The notes below the pieces were generated by a model. It had not been told where the DNA came from, did no database searches, and saw only the letters and a program-made list of their open reading frames with translations. A stretch of 64,000 bases of DNA from Octopus vulgaris (Eukaryota): the NCBI GenBank assembly GCA_951406725.2, contig OX597814.1:158472001-158536000 (forward strand), given 5' to 3'. The translations under genes and the position numbers were made by a program. Below are positions 50,936-62,140 of this stretch, piece by piece; the first letter of the stretch is position 1; every line of letters begins with the position of its first letter.

Positions 50936-51172
50936 CATCATCATCATCATCATCACATCATTATTATTATTATTATTAGGAATTCTCTTTATTTATTTAT
51001 TATTTATTTCCCCACTTTCTAATATATATCTGCTGTTATATCCTTTAATGTGGTAGTATCTATCCTTCATTGATGTTAACTCAACATATTTTTCTTTTTG
51101 TAATTTTTTCTGTGCTGTAACTCGTCCTTCGATATTGTCTTGGGCCCTTGTGGCCAATAAAAGAAATCATTA

Positions 51173-51212
<40 letters not shown>

Positions 51213-51216
<4 letters not shown>

Positions 51217-53972
51217 TAGTTTTATTTTTATAGCGTGCTTTCACTTCACTACCGAGCGCAGCTCTGTGTGCCTTGGGTATGTGCTGTGATTTGTTGTGAT
51301 GCTCTGATGGTTATTGTATGGAAAGTGTTCTGCGTAGGATGTATGCAGTGCCTAGTAGTGCAATTTTCTGTATGTTATATGTGTTTGTAAGTCCTGGTGT
51401 TTTGTTATGTATTTGTCTGAATATTTTTTTATCATGCCTAATGCACCTACTATGATAGAGATTGTTTCTCTTTTTAGATTCCACATTCTGGTTACCTCTA
51501 TTTCCAGGTCTTTGTACTTTGAAAGTTTCTCCATTTCTTTTAGAGACACGTTGTCATCTGCCGGTATTGATACATCAATTAGAAAGCATTTTTTTTCTTC
51601 ATGATCTCTGACAACTATATCTGGTCTGTTGGCCTTAATTTCTCTATCAGTGTGTATCGGCATATCCCAGAGTATGGTTGCTTTCTCGTTTTCTGTGACC
51701 TTTTCTGGTGTGTGCCTATACCATCTTTTTTCTGTTGTTATTCCATAATGTTGGCATAGCTTCCAGTGTATGTAGGTTCCAACTCTGTCATGTCTGTGAA
51801 TATATTCCTTCTTAGCCAGGACTGGGCAGCCAGAGTTAATATGATTTATTGTTTCTTGTCCATCTCCACATATTCTGCAGTTACTTGTTATATTTCTTTT
51901 CATTACATATTTTTGCTAATTTCTGGTGGGGAGGCTTTGGTCTTGTGCTGCAATTAAAAATTCCTATGTCTCTGCTTTGAGTCCTGAGCTTCTCAACCAT
52001 TGCTGGGATTTTTCTTCGTCTATTTCTTTTGCATTTAGTTTAGTCCAATATTTACCATGAAGGGGCTTTTCTTGCCATCGTTTTATCATGGTTCGTTGCT
52101 GTTCTAGTTTTAGTTTGGATTTCATTTGTTTAATAGCTTTTGTTGTTTCTTCATCTACTTCTTCTTCATATTTGTTAGGTGGTATGATTTCTTGTTTGTA
52201 TTTGTCAGCTTTCTTAAATACTGAGAACAGTTTTTTGTTTTGCTCGTGTTTTGCCGCTATTTGTATCAGTTTTCCTTCCTTCTGAAGTAGATATTTTTGC
52301 AGTCCTATGGTGGTTATTTTATAGTAGTTTTCCAGCTGTATAAGGCCTCTACCACCTTCTATACGTTGTATATATAGTCTTTCTATATCAGGTTTTGCGT
52401 GATGCATCCTAGATCCTGTCATTATTTTTCTTGTTTTCCTATCTATTTTGGTCAGTTCATTTAGTGACCAGTTAAGGATATTGTAGCTGTAACTTATAAC
52501 TGGGACAGCTAAAGTGTTAATACCTATTATCTTGTTTTTAGCACTGAGCTCTGTTTTTAGTATTCATCTAACTCGTCTATAATTTTCTTTTTTTATTTTG
52601 TCTTTCATTTGTATGTGTTGTGTCTTATCTAGTTCATGGATTCCTAAGTATTTGTAAGTTTGGCTTTGGTCTAATTCTTTTATTTCATTGGTTTTATCTA
52701 GTGTGATGTTGCCACTCTTAACTAGTTTTCCTCTTTTCAGGGTTACTTTGGCGCATTTTTCTAATCCAAATTTCATATCTATTTCTTTGGTAAATCCATG
52801 AACTGTCTTTAATAGTGTTTCCAGCTGTTTGTCATTTGCAGCATATAGTTTTAGGTCATCCATATATAAAAGGTGGCTGATCGTTTTGCCGTAACATTTA
52901 TATCCGCATCCAGTTCTATTTAGCATATCAGATAGAGGTGACAGTACCAAGCAGAAAATGAGTGGAGAGAGCGTGTCTCCCTGGAATATTCCTCTTCTAA
53001 TGGGGATGGCTTTGGTTTTCATGAGTCCCTCTTTTGTTTGGAGGTGTAGGACTGTTTGCCATTTATTCATAGTGTCCTATGAATTTTATAATTGTTGGTG
53101 CTACTTTGTTAATGGCTAGCGTTTCGAGGATCCATGTGTGGGGAATGCTATCAAACGCCTTTTTGTAGTCGATCCAGGCCATACTGAGGCCTTTCTTCTT
53201 TCTGTGGCTGTCTTCAGTTATGGCTTTATTGATCATTAGTTGATCTTTACAGCCATATGAGCCTTTGCGGCATCCTTTCTGCTCTTCTGGAAACAGGTTG
53301 TTTTTGTCCAGGTGCTTGTTCAACCTTTGCGATATCACTGCAGTAAATGCCTTGTACATTGTAGGGAGACAGGTTATTGGTCTGTAGTTTTCTGGTTTTG
53401 CTGTCTCATTTGATTTGGGAATTAAGATGGTTTTCCCCTTCGTGAGCCATTCTGGCATTGCCTCTGGCTCTGCTAGTATGTTGTAAAGTTTTCAGCCAGC
53501 TTTTTGTGCATTCCTGTTAGATATTTCAACCAGAAGTTGGGGATCTTGTCATGCCCAGGTGCCTTCCAGTTGCTTAGTTTTTGCAGTGCCTGGGTGACCT
53601 GTTCAGTTGTTTTGGGGGTTCAAAGTTGCTCAGATGCTGAGTTTGTTGTTTTAATACTCCTTTTTTTTTTGTTGTTCGTTCGCCGACCATATTTCTCTCC
53701 AGAATTCTTCCACTTCTTCTGCCGTTGGTGCTGCAGTGATTTCTATTTTATTTTTGCCCAGTTCTTGGTAGAACTTTTTGGGGTTGGAGTTGAACTTTTT
53801 GTTTTGTTCAAAGAAGCGCTGGCGTTTCTCGTACCGGCGGATCCTTTGTGCTTTGGCAAGGATATCTTGCTTTAGCTTTTCTTTTATCTCAGGTAAGTCT
53901 TTTTCTGTGATGTTGTATTTGCGGAGTATTTTTGTTTTTTTTTTGTTGCTCAGTAGCGTTGATTGTCTACTG
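51213..53972 (-). mobile_element. R4/Dong LINE (family A), 5'-truncated, with RT, CCHC and REL domains; frameshifted
   Basis: YRPITCL, AWIDYKKAFDSIPH, GIFQGDTLSP, LLYMDDLKLYA, YKYLG, CRICGDGQETINHINSGC, NRPDIVV...IDVSIP; both ends in (ATT)n. Confidence 0.97.
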
Positions 53973-54025
<53 letters not shown>

Positions 54026-54026
<1 letters not shown>

Positions 54027-54230
54027 GGCAGCGAGCTGGCAGAATCAATAGCACGCCGAGCAAAACGCTTCGCGGTATTTCACCCGTCATTACGTTCTCA
54101 GTTCAAATGCTGTCGGGTTCGACTTTGCTTTTCATCCTTTCTAGGTCGACAAAATAAGCACCGGAATTGATGAAACCGACTTCGCCTATCACCCGAAATC
54201 TCAGGCCTTATATTTATAGTAGAAAGAATC
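54026..54230 (+). mobile_element. SINE (Nin/Deu-like family)
   Basis: GGCAGCGAGCTGGCAGAATC...GACTTTGCTTTTCATCCTTTCTAGGTCGACAAAATAAG. Confidence 0.8.
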
Positions 54231-56377
54231 ATTATTGCTGTTATTGTTCTTGTTGTTATTAATAATAAGTGTTGTTGTTATTTTTGTAGTTGTTGTTATT
54301 ATTCTTACTCCGCATCTATATCTAACCTTTCCATTATTCTTTTTTTATCATTCAAACACCAAGGGCTTTGAGAGTCTATGGTTGTTATTCTTGAGACTGT
54401 AACAAATTTCAGAAGGTCGAAAACAAATTATAGCACAGTTCACAGAAGATTATTGGCGAGAGTTGTGACGAGAATGCTTATCTTCAATCTATTCAAAGCC
54501 ATAACATCTTTGAAAGTTAACATTGACATATTTCAATCGAATTTTATTCTCGTACCTGCTGTTTGCATTTAAGGAGAATATATCACTTTGAATCCATGAC
54601 ATATAAAATGCCCAAATTTGAAGTTCAGTATCAAATTCGATATTTTAACTAGTAAAGTATCACCGATAAATTTTATTTTGAGTGCCTTGAATTTAGATTA
54701 GACACCAGAAAATAATTTAGTGGGACTCAAAATTGTAAAATGATCATTAAAATAAAGTCTTTTATGTCTGCATTTAATTAATACCATTGTGTTTTACATC
54801 ATATTACAGTGACGTCACGCACTAAAAATCAGATATAAAAGAAAGCTGTCTCTTTATATTGATTTTGAAACAGAGTATCTGGTATTAATAATAAGTGCAT
54901 TATATTTCTATTTTTATACTATCTAGTAATTTAATGGAGAAAATAAATTACATTTAAACAACAGCAAGGTTTATTTGAAGGAAAAAGTTACCAAGATATA
55001 TAGAATTAATTTTTCCTTAAATAGTGGCAAATAGAAACAATCTGCATCATACAAATATTATTTTGGAGACTTTCAGCTATTATTAATCCTAAGACCACGC
55101 AATACATTTCATTTCAAATTCTTCACCATCGTTTTTACTTTACGGATTTCTTTTCGTATTTTATATTTAAAATCTTTCTTTACTTGAATATATTTGTGGT
55201 TTTAGTCTCATTTCAAAATAAAACTAATAATTTTCATCGAAAATCTTGCCTAATAAATTATGAAACCATTAATACAATTTCAACATGTTGATCTATGGAA
55301 TGAAGTTCTGGAGTAACAAAATACATTCTGAATGCAAAGCAGGAATATTTATGATTACTTGATATAAGCAATGCATTACAAATACTTGTCAGAGGCTTTT
55401 CAAAATATTGATTATCTCGCTTACCAGTATATCTTCGACAACTTAAAGGAAGCCACACATAATAATATCAACAAATGGTCTAAATGAAAATCATGAAATA
55501 TCTATTCGTTAAGTGTGGGACTATTAGAATAAACAACCAAACAAGGAAGCTCTTAAGATGTTCATATGGTTCTAGTGTTATTTAGACAAATATGTATTGT
55601 ACACAGGACGAATTTGTTATATATTTAACAGACATTTCTGCATAAAATTAGTAAATAAATATTTGAAGATATCAACATTAAAAATGACATGCGTAAGAGG
55701 GAAAAGTTAAAATAAACGGAATGTGTGGAGCTGTAATCAAACGGTAAAATTCTATTTGACTATCAAATTACAAAAGCCATAATGAGAAAAGTCAGCATTT
55801 GATGCTTCAAGATACAAATTATCTATAATTTCTGATGTGTAAAATTTGTCGTTATCATATTCATGCTTTTATTGAAAGTATTAGCGCCATAAATAAATAA
55901 AATTCTCAAAAGCAAATGCAACAGTGAGGTTTGACAATTATAATGCTCTAGGAGAGGCACTCGTCAGTGAAGAGATAAGTAGATATGATGGATTATTACT
56001 GTCAAAGTTATTGTTTAGCTCCAAGTCATCTATGCTCCAGCATAGCTACAATGAAATATGCTTCCACTGCGACGATTTCGTCGTTTCGTATAAACAATGT
56101 ATCTAAGACGACATTATTCAATATATTATTACTACTTTTGCGATTTTAGGAAGATTTTAGGAAGATTTTTCATTGCAATTCAAGCAACCGTAACACGACA
56201 TTTTCTCTTGAGTGTTGTGTAGGTGTATTACCAAACCAAAGCATTATCAATATTGGATAACCAAGGAAAAAGAATAGTGGCGAGTGGAGTACAATGTGTA
56301 TGCAAGCTGATTGATGAAACTTAAAACCAGTGAGATTTTTAGAAATTTTAACTGAACTACAATAATATATATATATA

Positions 56378-56604
56378 CAGAGTGAGTCAAAAGTAGCGCC
56401 CATTTCCTGTTTTAGGGTTGATGTGTATGACTTCCTAATTGATGATACTTTTTACTCCTGACTCTTGTTTTATGGTTTGGGATATCCAAGAGTATTAATA
56501 TAACATGATCCAGATCCAGTAACTTTCAAAACCGTCTGTAATAACCTGCAAAACAACTAATACATGACGTCCCAGAAACTGGACACTACTTTTGACTTAC
56601 CCTC
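56378..56604. mobile_element. Tc1/mariner-type MITE (227 bp)
   Basis: TIRs CAGAGTGAGTCAAAAGTAGCGCCCATTTCCTG and CAGAAACTGGACACTACTTTTGACTTACCCTC, both flanked by TA. Confidence 0.8.
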
Positions 56605-57123
56605 TATTTTATTTGACTCGCAAGGATTATGCGCATATAAAAAAGTTTCATCTACAGAAAAAACTTTTGGGTAGGGATAATAACACAAAGACATTTAACT
56701 ATCTGTGCATATAAAGAGATGTTTTACTATAATTTAATGAAATGGAATTAACTCTCGTTTAAATTGTATTAATAGAAAATTATAATCTTGATGAAATAGC
56801 GCACGTTAGTTTCTTCATTAGAGCCTTCGTTAGATCCTACTCTCATTTTGCTCAGTGAAATCGACAAAATGAAAGGGTCAGATGGACTAAGTACAGAAAT
56901 GGTCAGTCTTCTTCACTTTATCACTTTATTATCTGTAAACGCTTAATTGTATTCTTTATTCTGTTTTACACTAGTCAACCTAAACCTCATATTTTAGTAT
57001 TTTTTTTATTTCTGTCTTTTGATTATAATTGTATTTTGTCTGCCACTATATCTATGGGTTTAGTTTTGTCTGTAAACTGCTGAGGTGGCAGTAGGATTTA
57101 ACGAAGAACACAATCACCTGTGA

Positions 57124-57519
57124 AGGAGCATTTTACACCTTGGATAATGATTACACAACATCTCTACTCTGTTATGCGAAAATATGTTGAAACAAGTGTA
57201 GAGATTTTTAAATAATGTTGTTCATTCCACATTCTGTCACTCTCTCTCCTTCTCCCTCCCTCTCTCTCCTCCTTCTCTCTTTCTCTCTCTATCACTCTAC
57301 ATACACTCACACTCACACATATATATATGAGTGTGAGTGTATGTAGAGTGATAGAGAGAGAAAGAGAGAAGGAGGAGAGAGAGGGAGGGAGAAAGAGAGA
57401 GAGTGACAGAATGTGGAATGAACAACATTATTTAAAAATCTCTACACTTGTGTCAACATATTTTCACATAACAGAGTAGAGATGTTGTGTAATCATTATC
57501 CAAGGTGCAAAATGCTCCT
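57124..57519. repeat. Near-perfect fold-back (~195-bp arms) centred on a short (AT)n
   Basis: aggagcattttacaccttggataatg...ctacatacactcacactca mirrored by tgagtgtgagtgtatgtag...cattatccaaggtgcaaaatgctcct with few mismatches. Confidence 0.97.
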
Positions 57520-57528
57520 GTATATATA

Positions 57529-57560
57529 GAATTACATTCTATATATACATATATAAAAGA

Positions 57561-57623
<63 letters not shown>

Positions 57624-57662
57624 TATACACTCTTTTATATATGTATATATAGAATGTAATTC
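57529..57662. repeat. Second fold-back (~40-bp arms) around (AT)n
   Basis: gaattacattctatatatacatatataaaagagtgtatat / atatacactcttttatatatgtatatatagaatgtaattc. Confidence 0.95.
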
Positions 57663-58121
57663 ATACACATTTACACACATGCACATGTGTAAGTATGTGT
57701 GTGTGTCTACGCGTGTGTAACTAAAAGAGAGAGGTGATCACATATTCAACATTCTACATTGATTTTTCACTGCCTGCATAAACATTGTCAGCGCGGAATT
57801 AATTTGATTTATCTGAATTTATCGAACAGTTTTGTAATAGATTATCTCCAACCAGTCTGCTTCCAATACAATGGTTTGGTTACTAATATTCTTAGTTGAA
57901 TAAGTGGTTATGATATACAGAGCAAATGTTGGACAAAATTACAATAAATAAACACAAGTTGTATCATTTGTACTCTACGTGCATGTCATAGTTGCGGTTA
58001 TTTTGAACATGTGCATTCAAAGTTCCAAGAGCAATTCACCTGAATCATTTATTGCAGAGGCTCCTAACAACCACAACAATGAAACTTATGTGTAGTATCA
58101 TATTCAATATGTGTGTGTGTG

Positions 58122-58372
58122 TGGAGGTGCATGGCTTAGTGGTTAGGGTGTCAGCATCATGATCGTAAGATTGTGGTTTCGATTCCTGGACCGAGCGACG
58201 CGTTGTGTTCTTGAGCTAAACACTTCATTTCGCGCTACTCCAGTCCACTCAGCTGGCAAAAATGAGTAACGCTGCGATGGACTAGCGTCCCGTCCAGCTG
58301 GGGAACACATACGCCATAGAAATCGGGGGAACTGGGCCCATGAGCCTGGCTAAACTTTAAAAGGGCGCGTTT
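58122..58372 (+). mobile_element. tRNA-derived SINE
   Basis: TGGCTTAGTGG A box, GGTTTCGATTCC B box, GTGTTCTTGAGC...CTCCAGTCCACTCAGCTG central domain. Confidence 0.85.
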
Positions 58373-58980
58373 ATTTATTTCATATATATATATATGGAGA
58401 AAAAATTAAAAAGATGCTTGTTTTTTTCTTTATTTGTATTACAATTGAAAAAGCCATGCAAATTAAAAGATGAAAAATATACCTATAAAAGTATAGAAAA
58501 TACAACAAAATAACTCAAATATATCCAAAAGAAAGAGATTCTACATACATATATAATTTTTGATATAACAATATTTAGGAATCATCAATAATTATAACTT
58601 TGAAATGTTTATATATCTAAGCATTGTCTTCAGATAAGTCAAATAAGTTATTTCGTAAATCAAGACTAAAATACACTTATTTTTCATGAAGAGATCTAAC
58701 AATATACAGATTATTGCATCTTTTAAAGTTATAATTATTGATGGTTCTTAAATATTGTTATATCGAAACATATATATGTATGTAGAATATCTGCTTTTTT
58801 TAATATCATGGGGCCCTTTTGTTGGTTGGGGCGGTTTCATTTATACTCTTAAAGGTATATTTTTCATCGTATAATTTGCATTACATTTCCAAATGTAAAA
58901 CAAATAAAACAAACCAAGCATTGTTTTTAATTTTTCTTCTCCATTTTCTTTTATTGACTTTTTAATTACATATATATAAT

Positions 58981-59262
58981 AAAATGAGACAACAAAGCCA
59001 AGGTAGTGTGGAATTTTCAGGACATTTATAAAGAGAAAGTTAGTCTTATAGCTGTTTCTGGGACATTAGGGATATCCCGTCATCAGAGACGATGTGAGAT
59101 GGTTAAATAGAGAGAAATAGTAGGATTCAATATGAGGAGTTATTTAGGAAAAGGATGGAAATAAGAAGTATAAAGGGAAATAGCAGAATAAAAATTTTTT
59201 AAAAAAATATAAATATAAAAAATATATGTAGGATGTTATAGTCGCAGTTTCATTATCCGAGG
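58981..59262 (-). mobile_element. pLTR-like repeat with hammerhead motif (59044-59090)
   Basis: Minus strand gtct-CTGATGA-cgggatatccctaatgtccca-GAAA-CAGCTA-TA-agac; paralog of 9733-10012. Confidence 0.78.
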
Positions 59263-59569
59263 GAATCCTATTTAACTTTCCACTGTCTCAGTTCTTAATT
59301 CTTAAGTTTTTAATCGTATTTTTAATTGTTTGATATTACATATATGGAATGTATATATGTGTGCATGCATGTGTACGGATGTATATATATGTATGTGTGT
59401 GTATACATGTTTATGTGTGTATGTTTATGTGTGTATATGTGCACGAGTGTATATGTGTATGCATATATCTATGGGTGTGTGTGCGTGTGCGCATATATAT
59501 ATATATATACATATATGCGTATTGGTTTAAGTACATAAAGCTTGGATTCACCAATCGGGATACCTAAAT

Positions 59570-60470
59570 TCACAAAACACTCGGACCTAGGGTGCTCTCT
59601 ATCCTCACGAGTTTGTCGAATCATCCTTACATGCAGTGAAGATTGGTGTATGGATGGCTATCACCAGATGAAGAACAATAGGACCGATTTTTTTCCAAGA
59701 AACCTTGAATTCGGAACGTTATTGATCAGTTTGTTGAGCAGCTTTTAAGCTCCCCTTTCTCTTTTCGGTCTAACACAGAGATTTCCTTCGAGAGTATGTC
59801 TAACCCTGCCTGGATTCTTCTTTTCCACCATGGATCTTTTCTTTTGTCACTCCCATTATGTTTCTTTTTCTTGACATTGACACCCACATTTTCTGCTACA
59901 ACAACAGTTGCTGCCTTGATCAAATTATTTGTTTCTGTGATGTTTGTTCTGATGCATTTCAGAATTTCATTGACATTTTTCATTTCTTGGTTCAATTTCC
60001 ATCGATCAACAGTTTTAAGGTTGCAAATAATGTCGCTATCGTTCTCCTGTAGTCTTACATTTAGTCTGTCGTAGATTGCCTTTTGTTTATCTGTCATGTC
60101 GCTATTAGTTTTATCTTCTTTTAGATCATCTATATGTCTCTCATCAAGTAAGCTACCACTGCTCCTTTCCTGTGCTCTGAGATTACTCTTATTAGTAAGA
60201 ACTGTATTGTCATTCTTATCTATGCTGCTGTTGTCCATGACCCGTGTTTTCATAGCTTCGAGCTCTACTTCTGTGAGCCAACAAATTTTCCTTATTGCTC
60301 TAGCTTGATCACATAGTTTCTGTTCCGTGAGTTGAAACAATCCCTTTTCTCTCCAATGATCATACATACGTTATCGGTAACCCCTAATTCAAGCACCATT
60401 TTCATCTACCGGGCTGCTCAGGGTGTAACAGTCACCATCATTGACTTCAGTTTCATTACCACCGTTATTC
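59570..60470 (-). mobile_element. N-terminal part of an R4/Dong-type LINE ORF
   Basis: MYDHWREKGLFQLTEQKLCDQARAIRK..WLTEVELE...PWWKRRI, characteristic of the Dong/R4 N-terminal region; next to (ATT)n. Confidence 0.75.
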
Positions 60471-60537
60471 ACATTATTTTGTTTTTTCATTGTCACTCAT
60501 GTGAGGTAGCGATTATCAGGTTGCACAATTACCAGTG

Positions 60538-60588
<51 letters not shown>

Positions 60589-60594
<6 letters not shown>

Positions 60595-60751
60595 TACTAC
60601 CTGGAGTCGAACTCGGATTCTTGGGGTTAGTGGCCCACGCTCTTAACCACTACGCCATACCTAAATTCGCAAACCCCTCGCACTTGGAGTGTTTAAGAGC
60701 GCGGGCTACTAACCCCAAGATTCCGAGTTCGAGTTCGATTCCTGGCAGTGA

Positions 60752-60757
<6 letters not shown>
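60589..60757. repeat. Head-to-head pair of tRNA-like SINE heads, each ending in (AAT)n
   Basis: Minus: TGGCGTAGTGGTTAAGAGCGTGGGCCACTAACCCCAAGAATCCGAGTTCGACTCC; plus: AGTGTTTAAGAGCGCGGGCTACTAACCCCAAGATTCCGAGTTCGAGTTCGATTCC. Confidence 0.85.
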
Positions 60758-60833
<76 letters not shown>

Positions 60834-60842
60834 AACAATAAC

Positions 60843-60906
<64 letters not shown>

Positions 60907-60908
<2 letters not shown>

Positions 60909-60982
60909 TGGTACATCACACGTATATTGTCTTAACTTGTACATCACACGTATATTGTCTTAACTAGTACATCACACGTATT
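60907..60982. repeat. 28-bp tandem repeat, ~2.7 copies
   Basis: actNgtacatcacacgtatattgtctta repeated. Confidence 0.92.
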
Positions 60983-61289
60983 GAGAAGAGCATTGTCGAT
61001 GTGAGAACTGTTGCTGCTCATGTATTTTAATTTAACTTAAAAAAAAAAATATAAAAAATAAAAAATGAACGAACTATTGAGTTTGGTTTAATGGCCTACC
61101 AATGTATACTATGAGTTTCTTTGCCCTAGGAGTCGGGAAGACACTCGGCAAGAAATGGAAGCAAATTTGAAAGAAGAAGAAAAAAGTAATAATAATAATA
61201 ATAATAACAACAACAACAACAACAACAACAGCAACAACAACATCGAAAAATACCTTAGGAATAAGAATCCAGGTTCGAAATTTCCCCAA

Positions 61290-61335
61290 GACATCTGATG
61301 AAGGCTGGAGGATATATCAGCCGAAAGGTTGTGTT
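61290..61335 (+). ncRNA. Minimal hammerhead motif
   Basis: gacat-CTGATGA-a ggctg gaggatatat cagcc-GAAA-GG-TT-gtgtt; paralog at 8924-8969 has GAAACGTT. Confidence 0.75.
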
Positions 61336-61399
61336 AACAAGATGAGGACACATATCCGTCAATTGTAAATAATGTAAATAATGTAAATAATTTCATTTT

Positions 61400-62140
61400 G
61401 TCTTGAGAGTTTGGGGCTGTCCAGGTCAACTTCTTTCAGGTACTTCTTGCATACACAGTTCTAAATGTAAAGTTCCCTTCTTTCTACCACGATAACCAAA
61501 CATTCTCCTCTTTTGTTTCTCTATCCTGGTCTAAACTTACCAACATATTTTTCTTCCTGTCATCCTTTCACATCTTTGCCTTGAAAAGGTGGGTTTGTGA
61601 GGCAGCACTTTCTCTAGCTTCAAGCTGAATTTTCCCACTTCGTCGTCTTCGTTCACATTTGTGGGAGCATAGGTCTGAATGGTATTTCTTGAGAGACAAA
61701 AGTTTAGCTCTCTGATGTGTGACGAAGGCATGTGACAAAAAATTTCCGAAGCCCATTCTTTACTTACAATAAACCCTATACCATTTGTTGTTCTTGCACC
61801 TTCTTCTTTTGCCACACTCATGACACTTCCATCTGTCTATCTCGCATTTATTTATTTTCTTCGACGTATTTCACAGAGACCTAGAACATCGCATTTGATT
61901 TCCTCTTTCTCTTTCATTGTGGTTCTCTCTGAAAGCCCCACACGTTTAAATACATATGGCAAAGGTTGTTATCCGATTCCTTGGTGGCCTATGGGTACCT
62001 GAGATCCGGATTTCGCTTTACTTCAATGATTGGTCCGACTGACCTGCAGGATATTGAACTCATTTCCTCGCATCGCTTCAACTTCCACAATGAAGTCATC
62101 CCGCTGGCTAGGCGGGCAGGTCATTTAATACCACTTCAGT
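61400..62140 (-). mobile_element. RTE-clade LINE 5' fragment (AP endonuclease)
   Basis: NGIGFIVSKEW...IQTYAPTNVNEDDEVGKF matches the APE motifs GVGF and QxYAPT. Confidence 0.75.

Noticed and set aside
60907-60982. CRISPR-like array
   Set aside because: Contiguous 28-bp tandem repeat with no spacers, in eukaryotic DNA with no cas genes
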